Source: a virus
Taxonomy: Duplodnaviria; Caudoviricetes
Reading direction: 5' to 3' (one strand)
DNA: 52,475 nucleotides
Virus record (IMG/VR): IMGVR_UViG_3300024291_000003
Span: 1 to 52,475 of that record
A program made the position numbers and the translations under genes. The notes under the pieces were generated by a model. That model did not search any database. It worked only from the letters and a program-made list of their open reading frames with translations, and was not told the DNA's origin. Positions 15,336 through 24,975 of this stretch are shown here, piece after piece; within the stretch, counting starts at the first letter, position 1; each line of letters starts with the position of its first letter.

Positions 15336-16025
15336 ATGGCTAGAATAGGATCGTATAAGTTAGACAAAAATATTACTAGCGCAGATAAAGTAGTAGGAAC
15401 AGACTCTTCAGGAGCGGTAACAAAAAACTTTAATCTAGCAGACCTAGGAGGATTCTTTTCAGAGGGCTTTGTTAACGTAAATGGACAACACGCTTGGAAG
15501 TTTAAGGACAAAACAGAAATGGGTTGCTTTACTGGCCCTAAAGATAGTCAGTCTTTAAGCACGGTTACTTCTATAGAATTAAACAGACGTACGCTAGCTC
15601 ATAAAGATGTTAAACACTTTTTGTCAGAGTATGAAGGCAAACGGGTGTTATTAGTAGATGTTGCAACCCCGGACGTTTATGGTGTATTTGATGTATCATC
15701 ATTGAACGAGAATCCAAAGAAAAAAGACAACTTCACAGTTGGGCTAAGTCCTGTGTCAAGTAACGGTGTTATATCTTATGATAAAGTATATGCCATCTCG
15801 GTGTATGCACAAACTAGAACCTATGCGTGGAGGCAAAATTCAGCATCAACCACATGGACTATACCTCACAACCTAGGTAAATTCCCTAGTGTTAGCTTAA
15901 AATTTTCAAGCAGCGACAAAGTATATGAAAACGTAGGAGCCTTCGCTGGGGTGGACTACGTAGATAAAAACAACTTAACCATTAATCTCGCGGCCGCAGA
16001 AAGCGGATACGCTTATTTAAACTAA
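15336..16025 (+). CDS. Virion structural protein (tail-associated)
   Basis: Paralogous N-terminus MARI.SY...DKVVGTD; C-terminal W.I.HNLGKFPSV...G.AYLN domain. Confidence 0.65.
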   Translation: MARIGSYKLDKNITSADKVVGTDSSGAVTKNFNLADLGGFFSEGFVNVNGQHAWKFKDKTEMGCFTGPKDSQSLSTVTSIELNRRTLAHKDVKHFLSEYEGKRVLLVDVATPDVYGVFDVSSLNENPKKKDNFTVGLSPVSSNGVISYDKVYAISVYAQTRTYAWRQNSASTTWTIPHNLGKFPSVSLKFSSSDKVYENVGAFAGVDYVDKNNLTINLAAAESGYAYLN

Positions 16026-16029
16026 AAAC

Positions 16030-17961
16030 ATGGCAATACCATTTTTAAATCACTTAGACTTAAGGAGTGTATCGGAATTACAAAACGCGATCCTTCACAA
16101 AACAACAGCATCTTCAGCGTCAAATGTTGAAGGTAAGATAATTTACGACACAGGATCAAACACTGTTAAATATTACGACGGAGGATCTTGGGTTAGTGTT
16201 TCAGGTAACGCTGGAGATATTACGGCAGTAAACACCTCAAGCACTTCAGGTTTATCTGGGGGAACAACTTCAGGAGCAGCGAATTTACAAGTTAATGTAG
16301 ATAATAGTACAATAAGAATAACCAGCAACAAGTTAGCAGCTAAAACCGCAGCTATAGTAAATGGTGGAGGTGGATTAGCAACAGCTGACCAAATTCACAC
16401 TTTTGTAACACAACAAAGAGATACAATAGCCGCTGATACTACAGGTAACGCCGCTACAGCAACAAACGTAGCCTACTCTGGTTTAACTGGTACTGTTCCA
16501 ACTTGGAACCAAAACACAACTGGTACTGCTGCAAATGTTACAGGAACGGTAGCAATTGCTAATGGTGGTACAGGTGCTACAACAGCTTCACAAGCTAGAA
16601 CTAATTTAGGAGTTGTAAATGATACTGGTACACCTGCTATTTTATCTAACGGTAGTGCACCATCTCTTAATTCAGGAATTACCGCTACGGAAATAAGAAA
16701 TTTAATTGGAGCAGGTACTGGAAACGGTAACGGAGATATAACAGCGGTATTAACGCCAGCAGCTGGTGGTTTATCAGGAGGTGTAAGTTCTGGTAGTGCT
16801 AGTTTGAGTCTTAAGAACTCAGGATCTCTTACATCTAATAATATAGTTAAGTGGGATAATTCAAATAACCAATTAGCTCCTAGTAAGATTACTGACGATG
16901 GGACAACTGTATTCATAAACGGTAACTTAGACGTAGCTGGTACAACTACAACCATAGATTCTACCACAGTAGCTATTGGTGATAACATGATGGAGTATGC
17001 TAAAGACAACTCATCAAATGTTAGCGATATAGGTTGGTTTGGTAAGATAGTATCAAGTGGTACAAAGTATCCTACAATGTACTACGACGCGAGCTCAGGT
17101 GTTTCAACTCCAACTTTTATGGTTGGGCTTGCAACAACAAAACCAGGGTCAACCGCAGCTATAGTTACAAAAGGTACGGTTAATGCGAACTTAGTAGGTA
17201 ATGTAACAGGTAACGTGTCAGGGTCTTCTGGATCATGTACAGGTAATGCCGCTACAGCTACGAAATTACAAAACGCAAGAAACTTCTCTATTGGAGGAGA
17301 TATTACTGCTTCTAATGTTTCGTTTAATGGTACAGGAAATGTAGCGCTAAATGCTACCATAGACGCTAATGTTGTTGGAGCTTCAGAACTTAAAGTATCA
17401 TCTAACGGTACAGCTGGCCAAGTACTAGCTTCTGATGGTGATGGAACTTTTAGCTGGACAAATAAAACAGCTGGAGCAAACAATGCTACTGTAAGTATTA
17501 CTACAAGTAACGGTTTGACCGGCGCTACTAGTTTCACACTGAATCAATCAGCTAATAAGACAATTGCTTTATCTGTTGATAACGCATCCAGCGGTGGTAA
17601 AGGTGTTATACGACTTGCGTCAAAAGCAGATGTGCAAGGAGGTACTCAAACAAGTGAGGCTATTACATCAGACACGTTAGCTGCTAAATCTGTTGTGTCT
17701 ACAATCGTAGCCGCGTCAGTTAGCTCTACTTCGTTGTTCGCTGAGATTAATCACGGATTAGGAACTGAGGATGTTATTGTACAGTGTTTTGACGCTACTA
17801 CTAAAGAAACAGTTTTTGCTGAAATCGAAAGAAAAGACAAAGCTGGAACCAATTCAACATCAAAAATAACAGTAAGATTTTCGGGGGTGCCTGCTAATAA
17901 CGTAGAGGTACTTGTAACATCTATAAAAGGAGCGACTAGCACGAACCCATCTTACTCATAA
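16030..17961 (+). CDS. Tail fibre protein
   Basis: G/S/T/A-rich; GNAATAT, GTVAIANGGTGATT.SQARTNLG and INHGLGT fibre motifs. Confidence 0.8.
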   Translation: MAIPFLNHLDLRSVSELQNAILHKTTASSASNVEGKIIYDTGSNTVKYYDGGSWVSVSGNAGDITAVNTSSTSGLSGGTTSGAANLQVNVDNSTIRITSNKLAAKTAAIVNGGGGLATADQIHTFVTQQRDTIAADTTGNAATATNVAYSGLTGTVPTWNQNTTGTAANVTGTVAIANGGTGATTASQARTNLGVVNDTGTPAILSNGSAPSLNSGITATEIRNLIGAGTGNGNGDITAVLTPAAGGLSGGVSSGSASLSLKNSGSLTSNNIVKWDNSNNQLAPSKITDDGTTVFINGNLDVAGTTTTIDSTTVAIGDNMMEYAKDNSSNVSDIGWFGKIVSSGTKYPTMYYDASSGVSTPTFMVGLATTKPGSTAAIVTKGTVNANLVGNVTGNVSGSSGSCTGNAATATKLQNARNFSIGGDITASNVSFNGTGNVALNATIDANVVGASELKVSSNGTAGQVLASDGDGTFSWTNKTAGANNATVSITTSNGLTGATSFTLNQSANKTIALSVDNASSGGKGVIRLASKADVQGGTQTSEAITSDTLAAKSVVSTIVAASVSSTSLFAEINHGLGTEDVIVQCFDATTKETVFAEIERKDKAGTNSTSKITVRFSGVPANNVEVLVTSIKGATSTNPSYS

Positions 17962-17971
17962 AATCTAATTT

Positions 17972-18847
17972 ATGCCAATTGAATTTTTAAAGGACGTAAC
18001 CGTAAATGGGGACGTAAATATACCTGAATACATAAACCATATCGGCGATCCCCATACTAAACTGGGGTTCGTCGCTAATGGTAATTTTGCTGTGTTTACA
18101 CCTTACGGTAATAATACAAGTGCTGAACGCTTTAGAATAACAAATGGTGGATACGTAGGTATATTAAATAAAAACCCAAAAACTGCTTTAGATGTAGCGG
18201 GTACAGCTACTGTGCAGAATAACCTGCATGTTGTTAAAGGTAGTGTAGGGGTAAAAACCGAGTTCCCTCAACATCCTCTCCATGTAAGAGGTGCTGGATA
18301 CCTTGAAGGAGGTATTTTCTTAGGCGGGCAGAGTCAATATAATTTGCTGGATGATTACGAAGAGGGTTTTTGGAATCCTGTAATTGGGATTTATGATTTT
18401 CTGAAGGGGACAACTACTAAGTACGAGACAGAAAAAAGAGCCTCAAACCAATATACAAAGATTGGTAATGTAGTGTATTGCCAATTTATTTTAGAATGGG
18501 AGGGGAGCTTTCCCTGGTATTCAAGTAATACCAATGCTTTTATGATTGATCATAGTTCTTTACCTTTTGATCCAAACGGTAGAGTGTCTAGTTTAACTGG
18601 CACTTACAACACGATCAATAGTAATGGTATTTATAATAGATCAACAAACACTCTAGCAACTCCGAGCCTTTTCCCATATAGATCCGGGAGTGGCTCAGCC
18701 ATGCACGTTGGTTTCTTTGCTAAAAAGGGGCCAGTTCAAAATTTTGAAACAGCGACAACAGACGCGATTACTATAGGTAAAAGTGAAAAATTTACTATTA
18801 CCGGTTCTTTTGCTTACCACTTAGGAACATGGGAAGAGTTAATGTAA
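17972..18847 (+). CDS. Tail fibre-related protein
   Basis: ERFRI..GG.VGI...P...LDV.G repeats; LDDYEEG.W.P and YTKIGN.V motifs. Confidence 0.75.
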   Translation: MPIEFLKDVTVNGDVNIPEYINHIGDPHTKLGFVANGNFAVFTPYGNNTSAERFRITNGGYVGILNKNPKTALDVAGTATVQNNLHVVKGSVGVKTEFPQHPLHVRGAGYLEGGIFLGGQSQYNLLDDYEEGFWNPVIGIYDFLKGTTTKYETEKRASNQYTKIGNVVYCQFILEWEGSFPWYSSNTNAFMIDHSSLPFDPNGRVSSLTGTYNTINSNGIYNRSTNTLATPSLFPYRSGSGSAMHVGFFAKKGPVQNFETATTDAITIGKSEKFTITGSFAYHLGTWEELM

Positions 18848-18859
18848 AAGAAATAAAAA

Positions 18860-19147
18860 ATGGAATTAACAAAAGAGATAGTATTAGATAAAGTAGAGTT
18901 TGTAGGTCCTTGGAAAACTATTCAAGAAAGGCTGAAAACTATTATACGCGAAGGAGAAGTAGTTATAAGTTCTCAAATTAATAGAAAAATATATCCTATA
19001 ACAGAATATACTTCTGTGACAGAACTGCCAGAACGTCTCCATCCTTATGCTTACGGTGTATGGACAGAAGAGTTGTTCATGGCCTCCCAGCAAAAAGAAG
19101 CTGGCTTTATAGAGCAATGGGAAGAAATGCAGGAAACTGAAGATTAA
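18860..19147 (+). CDS. Small fibre-associated protein
   Basis: LTKE...DKVEFVG..K.IQ.R..T.I pattern typical of small partners of LDDYEEG proteins (recalled, not searched). Confidence 0.6.
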   Translation: MELTKEIVLDKVEFVGPWKTIQERLKTIIREGEVVISSQINRKIYPITEYTSVTELPERLHPYAYGVWTEELFMASQQKEAGFIEQWEEMQETED

Positions 19148-19209
19148 TAAGTATAATAAAAGCGTAATATATATAAAGTAAACCGATTATTAATACAAAA
19201 CCAAAACCA

Positions 19210-19500
19210 ATGACAGTTTATTACCAGACTAATTCGTGGAATAGTCAACCACAACCAACAGAAGACCGATTAGAATTATGGAATCACATTGCCGATAAAG
19301 CTAACTGGCGTATAGTTCAATTACCAAATGGATATTACCAAACGGAATATCAAGATCTTAGAAAAGATGATACGTGGGTCGATATAACAAGACGAGAAAC
19401 AATGGAGGCAGCAGAAACCTCTATAGACTCTACTATCGAACACTATAATAAAAAATTAGAATTTATAAAGGGACCTAAAGTAGTTAAAACCTTTAAATAA
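19210..19500 (+). CDS. Conserved-looking hypothetical protein
   Basis: 96-aa ORF (NWRIVQLPNGYYQTEY) upstream of groEL. Confidence 0.75.
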   Translation: MTVYYQTNSWNSQPQPTEDRLELWNHIADKANWRIVQLPNGYYQTEYQDLRKDDTWVDITRRETMEAAETSIDSTIEHYNKKLEFIKGPKVVKTFK

Positions 19501-19504
19501 TAAA

Positions 19505-19569
19505 ATGCGCCGCTTGAGGCCGACCACAGGCAAATACACGTGGGAACCCCAAAGGGATATCCGGCGCAT
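19505..19569 (+). ncRNA. Putative structured RNA or leader upstream of groEL
   Basis: 8-bp closing stem ATGCGCCG/CGGCGCAT enclosing GCC/GGC and CCC/GGG hairpins; possible CCAC:GTGG pseudoknot. Confidence 0.45.
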
Positions 19570-19616
19570 ACCTACACGCTGCTCGCGAAGAGTACAATCA
19601 AATTAAATTAAATTAA

Positions 19617-21170
19617 ATGGAATACAACAATCCAAGTGAGATAGTGAAAACACTCACTTTTGGCGGAGAAGCCAAAGAGCAGATCATGCAAGGTGTCGAA
19701 AAATTATCAAACGCAGTAAAGAGCACATTAGGAGCATCTGGAAAATGCGTAATATACGAAGACGCACTAGGCAGACCGGTGATAACAAAAGATGGTGTAA
19801 CCGTTGCGGAAAGCGTAGTCTTACTACATCCGGTCGAGAACATAGGAGCCACTCTTATAAAAGAAGCGGCAAGTAATACAGTAAAGGAAGCAGGAGACGG
19901 TACAACAACATCAACCGTCCTTGCTCATTCCTTGCTTAAAACAGTTAACAAGCATTTAGATGAAGAAAAAGTTAGAGAACTTAAGAGCGGCATTATTAGC
20001 GGTTCTGAAAAAGTCATGGTTTATCTTGATAAAACCAGTACTGAAGTTAAGGGTGAAATGCTTAAACAAGTTGCAGGGATTTCATGCAATAATGACCAAG
20101 CGCTCGGCGACAAAATTGGAAAAGCTTACGAAAAAGTTGGAAAAAATGGAGTCGTATTAATGGAAGAGTCTGATACAAACGAGACTTATGTTGAGTTTGT
20201 TGACGGCGTTCAATTTGACAGTGGCTTAAAATCACCACATTTATCTACGGATAAAAACAAAGGTACTGCTACATTAGAAGATCCTTATGTACTAATAGTA
20301 TCTTCTCCAATACCAAATATACGAAGAATACAAAACGTATTAGAATTCGTAATCAAAAATAAGAAAAGTTTACTAGTAGTAGCAGACGTGGAACAACAGC
20401 CATATCAAACTCTATTAGCGAACAAGGTAAAAGGAAACATAAAGATAAATATAGTTGACTTACCTGGATTCGGCCCTACTAAACAACAGACACTAGAAGA
20501 TCTAGCTATATTGACAGGGGCTACAATTATAAACGAGGAGTTAGGAGACGATTTAGACTTCATAGAGCCTAATGTATTAGGTAAAGCTTTTAAGTCCGTT
20601 ACGGATGATAAAAACACTGTTCTACAAGTAGCTGAAGCAACTGAAGAAGTAGCTTTAAGAATAATAGATGTAGAAAAGCAAATAGGTGAAGAAACTAATC
20701 CATTTTTTAAGAAACAATTAGAACAACGCTTGTCTATGTTAACTGGTCAAGTTGGCATTATATACGTTGGCGCGGATTCTAAGGTAGAACTTAAAGAGAA
20801 AAAAGATAGGGTTGAAGACGCTATATATGCGACGAAAGCTGCTTATAAGGAAGGAATAGTTGCAGGAGGCGGTGTAGCGTTATTAAATGCTTCTACTATA
20901 ATTAAACCTAAAAACAAAGGAGAGGAAGTGCTGCTTGAAGCAATAAAAGCTCCATACCATACTATATTAGAAAATGCAAACATACCAGTTGTATATCCCT
21001 CAATGAAAAACAGAGGTATAGACGTTAAGACTGGCAAAGATGTTAATATGGTTAAAGCAGGGATAATTGACCCAGTGTTAGTTACAAAGTCTGCTTTAAA
21101 AAATGCAGTAAGTGTTGTTGCTACTATAATATCAGCGGATTGTGTAATCAGTAATAAAAGATTAGCATGA
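19617..21170 (+). CDS. groEL: Phage chaperonin GroEL
   Basis: ITKDGVTVA, AGDGTTT, GVQFDSG, EKKDRVEDA, GIVAGGG and GIIDP motifs; no GGM tail. Confidence 0.97.
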   Translation: MEYNNPSEIVKTLTFGGEAKEQIMQGVEKLSNAVKSTLGASGKCVIYEDALGRPVITKDGVTVAESVVLLHPVENIGATLIKEAASNTVKEAGDGTTTSTVLAHSLLKTVNKHLDEEKVRELKSGIISGSEKVMVYLDKTSTEVKGEMLKQVAGISCNNDQALGDKIGKAYEKVGKNGVVLMEESDTNETYVEFVDGVQFDSGLKSPHLSTDKNKGTATLEDPYVLIVSSPIPNIRRIQNVLEFVIKNKKSLLVVADVEQQPYQTLLANKVKGNIKINIVDLPGFGPTKQQTLEDLAILTGATIINEELGDDLDFIEPNVLGKAFKSVTDDKNTVLQVAEATEEVALRIIDVEKQIGEETNPFFKKQLEQRLSMLTGQVGIIYVGADSKVELKEKKDRVEDAIYATKAAYKEGIVAGGGVALLNASTIIKPKNKGEEVLLEAIKAPYHTILENANIPVVYPSMKNRGIDVKTGKDVNMVKAGIIDPVLVTKSALKNAVSVVATIISADCVISNKRLA

Positions 21171-21424
21171 GAGCAATAAATCATTTTTTAATAGTAGAGA
21201 AAATTAAAGAGGCTCCTAAAAAAGTGGGTGGACTTGAACTTACGGAGAAACAAAATAAAGACGTTAGATATCTTAAAGCTAAAGTCATTAGTGTTGGAGA
21301 TCAAGTGCCTATGCTGAAAAAAGACGACGTAATCTGGTATGATAAACATGCTGGACACGGTATAGAGTGGGATGGCAACTTCTACTTGGTATTAAAAACG
21401 CCTGATATAGTACTTATAGAATGA
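21167..21424 (+). CDS. groES: Co-chaperonin GroES
   Basis: 85 aa; GGLEL mobile loop, AKVISVG, D.I.YDKHAG; overlaps the groEL stop. Confidence 0.85.
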   Translation: MRAINHFLIVEKIKEAPKKVGGLELTEKQNKDVRYLKAKVISVGDQVPMLKKDDVIWYDKHAGHGIEWDGNFYLVLKTPDIVLIE

Positions 21425-21861
21425 AACTAAGTGCTGTTGATTTGCAAGATATGAACTTATTAAAGTATTACAGGCTTATAAGAAAATGGGCTTGCAAAAC
21501 TTATGAGTTAAAAGATGCGGACTTAGAGCTCTTGATATACTTAGATTGCAAGAAGCTTTTTACACGTGATGATTTTATAAATGGCGTGTATACATATAGT
21601 TGGGATAAAAACAGATGGGAAAGATTACGTAGAGAGGGCTGGATAGATGTTTTTAAAGAACGCAATAGAACCACGTCAAAATACGCATTATATAAGACTT
21701 CTTTCAAATGTCAAAAGCTAATAAAGCGCATTTACAAAATAATGCTCGCAGAAGAAGATATGCCGACATCACAGAGAAGTACATTCTATAAGAATAAAAC
21801 ATATACAGATAAAGTTTACAATAAAGCTATTGACGATATGATAAACGATAAAGATCGATGA
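21421..21861 (+). CDS. Hypothetical protein, possibly winged-helix
   Basis: DLELLIYL...W.RLRREGWI pattern. Confidence 0.7.
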   Translation: MKLSAVDLQDMNLLKYYRLIRKWACKTYELKDADLELLIYLDCKKLFTRDDFINGVYTYSWDKNRWERLRREGWIDVFKERNRTTSKYALYKTSFKCQKLIKRIYKIMLAEEDMPTSQRSTFYKNKTYTDKVYNKAIDDMINDKDR

Positions 21862-22232
21862 GTTTCAAACTAAAATCAAAAGGCGAAATATTCGGCATCA
21901 ATGAGGAGTTATCCAAATTTGGTAGACCAGTTTTTGAAAAAGATTTAGGCGATGATATTATTGCAGAGGCTAATCGAGATGGCACTACATTTGTAAATAA
22001 AAATGCGAGCGAAGCTCAAAAGCGCGGCTCTATTAACGAAGAAGACAATCACCACGACCAAATGATGACAGGACGTTTACAGTATACGAACGAAGAGGTT
22101 ATTTGGAAAAAAGACACAAGGTCACCTGCTAGAGTATATCAGCGTATAGGTGGCAGGATAGTAAACAAAACAACCAATGAGCCAGAAGGCGGAAACCTTG
22201 AATGGGAAGCCGAGGCCAAAAAAGAAGACTAA
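21858..22232 (+). CDS. Hypothetical protein, zincin-like layout
   Basis: AN.DGT.FVN...EEDNHHDQM...WEAEA; lacks a canonical HExxH. Confidence 0.6.
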   Translation: MSFKLKSKGEIFGINEELSKFGRPVFEKDLGDDIIAEANRDGTTFVNKNASEAQKRGSINEEDNHHDQMMTGRLQYTNEEVIWKKDTRSPARVYQRIGGRIVNKTTNEPEGGNLEWEAEAKKED

Positions 22233-22236
22233 CATC

Positions 22237-23208
22237 ATGGGAGTAATACCAACCACAGCAAAAGCCTCTCGCTCATGCGCGAAGAACAGTATGCTAAAGC
22301 AAACTGAAAAAGACTTATCTGACGGCCAAAGCACAAAATCAGTAAGTACCGCGGATGAATTCACACCTATAGGCGAAAGCGGATTTTCATCGCAAGGCCT
22401 CGCAACAACAACAACTATTGAAAATGCGGGTACACCAGATCAAATTATCCCTGGTAAAAATGTTGAAAAAATAGAAACAGACAATCAAAAATACTTAGAT
22501 AGTTTTAAAGCTGGTTTTCAAAGAGACAATGAAGGGTTTGATAATATTGATGATTATAGAAAAAACAAAGAAAAGAAATATAAGCCAACTGTAAAGAAAG
22601 GTACACCACCAAAAAAAGAAGAAGATAAAGTAACGGATCCTAATTTTGAAACAGCAAAAGGATTAGAAAACTGGGATGCTCGCCAAGACGTCCGTCAGTC
22701 TAAGTACTTGAACAGAATGGATCGCCAAGCTGAAAGACGCCAAGATAGATACGAAAGAAAGTACAATGCTGATGGCACTAAGAAAAGCAAAGAAGATAGG
22801 AAAGCTATGCGTCAACAGCAAAGAGCTGATAGAGCTGCTAGTAATATAAAGAGACAGCAAGATCTTCAAAATCAAATTAGAGAAAGAAAAAGCTTAAGAG
22901 ATGTGCAAAGATCTCAGGGTAGTTTCGGCGGTGAAAAATATCAAGTTGGTAACGTTAGAGAGAATCAATCTGGTATAGATAACAGAGTAACAAAATCTCT
23001 TTTTACGCCAACACAGATAAGTAAAGCTGTTAAGACACAATCAGAGCAACCTACTACTTTCCAAGAAGTAGCAAATACCTTGGGCACAGTATTCGGCAAA
23101 AAAGAAGGAGGCAGCACAGTAGGTAATATGATACGTAGTGTAATACAGAATCCAGATGGCATGAGAAAAGCAGGGCCAATGAAAAAAGCTTACTTTAAAA
23201 ACAAATAG
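22237..23208 (+). CDS. Low-complexity charged hypothetical protein
   Basis: Probable start MGVIP at 22237; R/Q/E-rich helix. Confidence 0.7.
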   Translation: MGVIPTTAKASRSCAKNSMLKQTEKDLSDGQSTKSVSTADEFTPIGESGFSSQGLATTTTIENAGTPDQIIPGKNVEKIETDNQKYLDSFKAGFQRDNEGFDNIDDYRKNKEKKYKPTVKKGTPPKKEEDKVTDPNFETAKGLENWDARQDVRQSKYLNRMDRQAERRQDRYERKYNADGTKKSKEDRKAMRQQQRADRAASNIKRQQDLQNQIRERKSLRDVQRSQGSFGGEKYQVGNVRENQSGIDNRVTKSLFTPTQISKAVKTQSEQPTTFQEVANTLGTVFGKKEGGSTVGNMIRSVIQNPDGMRKAGPMKKAYFKNK

Positions 23209-23210
23209 TT

Positions 23211-23507
23211 ATGGCAGGATATATACAACCGGAAAGCAGTTCTGCGGTAAAGAAGCTCCGTAAAACAACAAAAGGAAAAGGAAGACATTTCTTAACAGCA
23301 GAAGAAGGAGCAGGTATGACAGCGGCTGGAAGAAAGGCTTATAATAAAAAAACAGGTGGTAATTTAAAAGCGCCACAACCTGGAGGAGGGAAACGAAGAA
23401 CATCTTACTGCGCTAGATCTAAAGGTCAAATGAAGCAACACGGGATAAATTGTTCTAAAACTCCTAAGAAAAGAATTTGTGCTGCACGAAGAAGATGGAA
23501 ATGTTAA
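23211..23507 (+). CDS. Basic hypothetical protein
   Basis: GMTAAGRKAYN...RRTSYCARSKG...RRRWKC. Confidence 0.75.
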   Translation: MAGYIQPESSSAVKKLRKTTKGKGRHFLTAEEGAGMTAAGRKAYNKKTGGNLKAPQPGGGKRRTSYCARSKGQMKQHGINCSKTPKKRICAARRRWKC

Positions 23508-23585
23508 ATCACATACTAGGCAGCTGCGGTGAGAATCATATAAATATATTTCACATAGCTATGCCTTTACTAATAATTTTAATTT

Positions 23586-23741
23586 ATGGAATCAAAAGGA
23601 CTAGGCGATACAGTTGAGAAATTTACAAAAGCAACTGGTATTAAGACTGTTGTAGATAAAGTATCTCAAGGCTTAAATATACCTTGCGGTTGCCAACACA
23701 GAAAAGAAAAGTTAAACAAAATATTTCCTTATAAAAAATAG
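23586..23741 (+). CDS. 51-aa protein (GLGDT...CGC..RKEKLN..FPY)
   Basis: Own translation; below the track length cutoff. Confidence 0.7.
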   Translation: MESKGLGDTVEKFTKATGIKTVVDKVSQGLNIPCGCQHRKEKLNKIFPYKK

Positions 23742-23744
23742 AAA

Positions 23745-24125
23745 ATGAGTTACAATAAACCAATCACATCGAGAATACAACATTCTACCCAAGGCGGAAT
23801 GAAGGTGCAAGAGCCTTTGTTAGACGTAGGTAGCGTAGCTAAGTATAAAGCAGACACATCTTTAATGGGTAAAGATCATTACAAGAAGTTCCAATCAACT
23901 ACCATCGATGCTACAAAATCAGCTGATACAGCTCCTGAACCAGTAGCTAAGCAAACAGCAGGGCAAACTGCAACGTTTGGACCTAAGGGCACAAATCCTA
24001 ATCCAAAGCTCTACGCGGGTATAGTAGCTGAAGGCAAAGGAGTTAAAGACAAAAAAACACCAGCTAAAAGTCTTGGTCCAAAAGCTGTAGGTAAAAACTA
24101 CAAGAACGGGTATTACGGAAAGTAA
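23745..24125 (+). CDS. Hypothetical protein
   Basis: 126-aa ORF coupled to the holin. Confidence 0.7.
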   Translation: MSYNKPITSRIQHSTQGGMKVQEPLLDVGSVAKYKADTSLMGKDHYKKFQSTTIDATKSADTAPEPVAKQTAGQTATFGPKGTNPNPKLYAGIVAEGKGVKDKKTPAKSLGPKAVGKNYKNGYYGK

Positions 24126-24526
24126 TGAAAAAATTATGGCAATGGCTAACAGGTTCTGTTATAAAAGAAGTTGGTAAAGTACTAGATGACTTAACAACAA
24201 CAAAAGAAGAGAAGCTAGAAGCAAAAAGACTTATTACTCAGATTCTTGAGCAAGCAGATAAAGAAGGCCAAGAGCAAGTTACTAGAAGATGGGAATCAGA
24301 TATGAATTCAGATTCTTTCCTTTCTAAAAACATACGCCCTATGGTACTTATATACTTAACGTTTATATTTACTATTTGTGCGTTCTTTGATGGAAACGTT
24401 GGAGAATTTAAAATAGCAGAAGAGTATATCCCAATATTCCAAACTCTTCTTGTGACAGTATATGGTGCGTATTTTGTTGGGCGTACTTGGGAGAAAGCAA
24501 AAAAATCCAGCAACAAAGACAATTAA
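24125..24526 (+). CDS. Holin (3TM/GTA-holin type)
   Basis: RWESDM.SDS.LSKNIRP, two hydrophobic helices, YFVGRTWEK. Confidence 0.8.
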   Translation: MKKLWQWLTGSVIKEVGKVLDDLTTTKEEKLEAKRLITQILEQADKEGQEQVTRRWESDMNSDSFLSKNIRPMVLIYLTFIFTICAFFDGNVGEFKIAEEYIPIFQTLLVTVYGAYFVGRTWEKAKKSSNKDN

Positions 24527-24536
24527 ATATAATAAA

Positions 24537-24779
24537 ATGAAAAAAGTAGAGAAGTTAACAAAAAAAGAATTAGAAGCTTTAACTAACATTATTAAGCAGC
24601 TGAATAGTGTACAATCACAAATTGGTGGCTTAGAATTACAAAAGCATGAATTACTCCACACCTTCGCGCAAGTGAAAGTTAAACTTGATGAGCAGCAAAA
24701 AGAATTGCAAGTTAAGTACGGAGATAAAATTATTGATGTTAATACAGGAGAGTTAAATGAGCCTTCTAAGGAAGATTAG
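24537..24779 (+). CDS. Coiled-coil hypothetical protein
   Basis: Probable start MKKVEK at 24537; ends KYG...D..TGE. Confidence 0.7.
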   Translation: MKKVEKLTKKELEALTNIIKQLNSVQSQIGGLELQKHELLHTFAQVKVKLDEQQKELQVKYGDKIIDVNTGELNEPSKED

Positions 24780-24975
24780 TATAGGGAAAGACTATAAAAA
24801 TGACGCCATGCACTATTCTGTTGGACAGGAAGTGTATGGTGGTCATACTATAGTTAATATTATAGAAGAAGAAGAAAAGTATTCTGTCTATATTAAAAAA
24901 GGATCTGATGTTATTCCCTGGAAAGACTTCAATAAAAATATGGCTATAGCTATAGAATATAATATTGATTATTAA
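24757..24975 (+). CDS. Hypothetical protein
   Basis: LRKISIGKDYKNDAMHYSVGQ. Confidence 0.75.
   Translation: MSLLRKISIGKDYKNDAMHYSVGQEVYGGHTIVNIIEEEEKYSVYIKKGSDVIPWKDFNKNMAIAIEYNIDY

Noticed and set aside
16030-18847. Diversity-generating retroelement or invertible tail-fibre cassette
   Set aside because: No reverse transcriptase, invertase or template/variable repeat pair seen
24125-24526. Holin without adjacent endolysin as a novel lysis system
   Set aside because: The genome is incomplete in this window; the endolysin may lie outside
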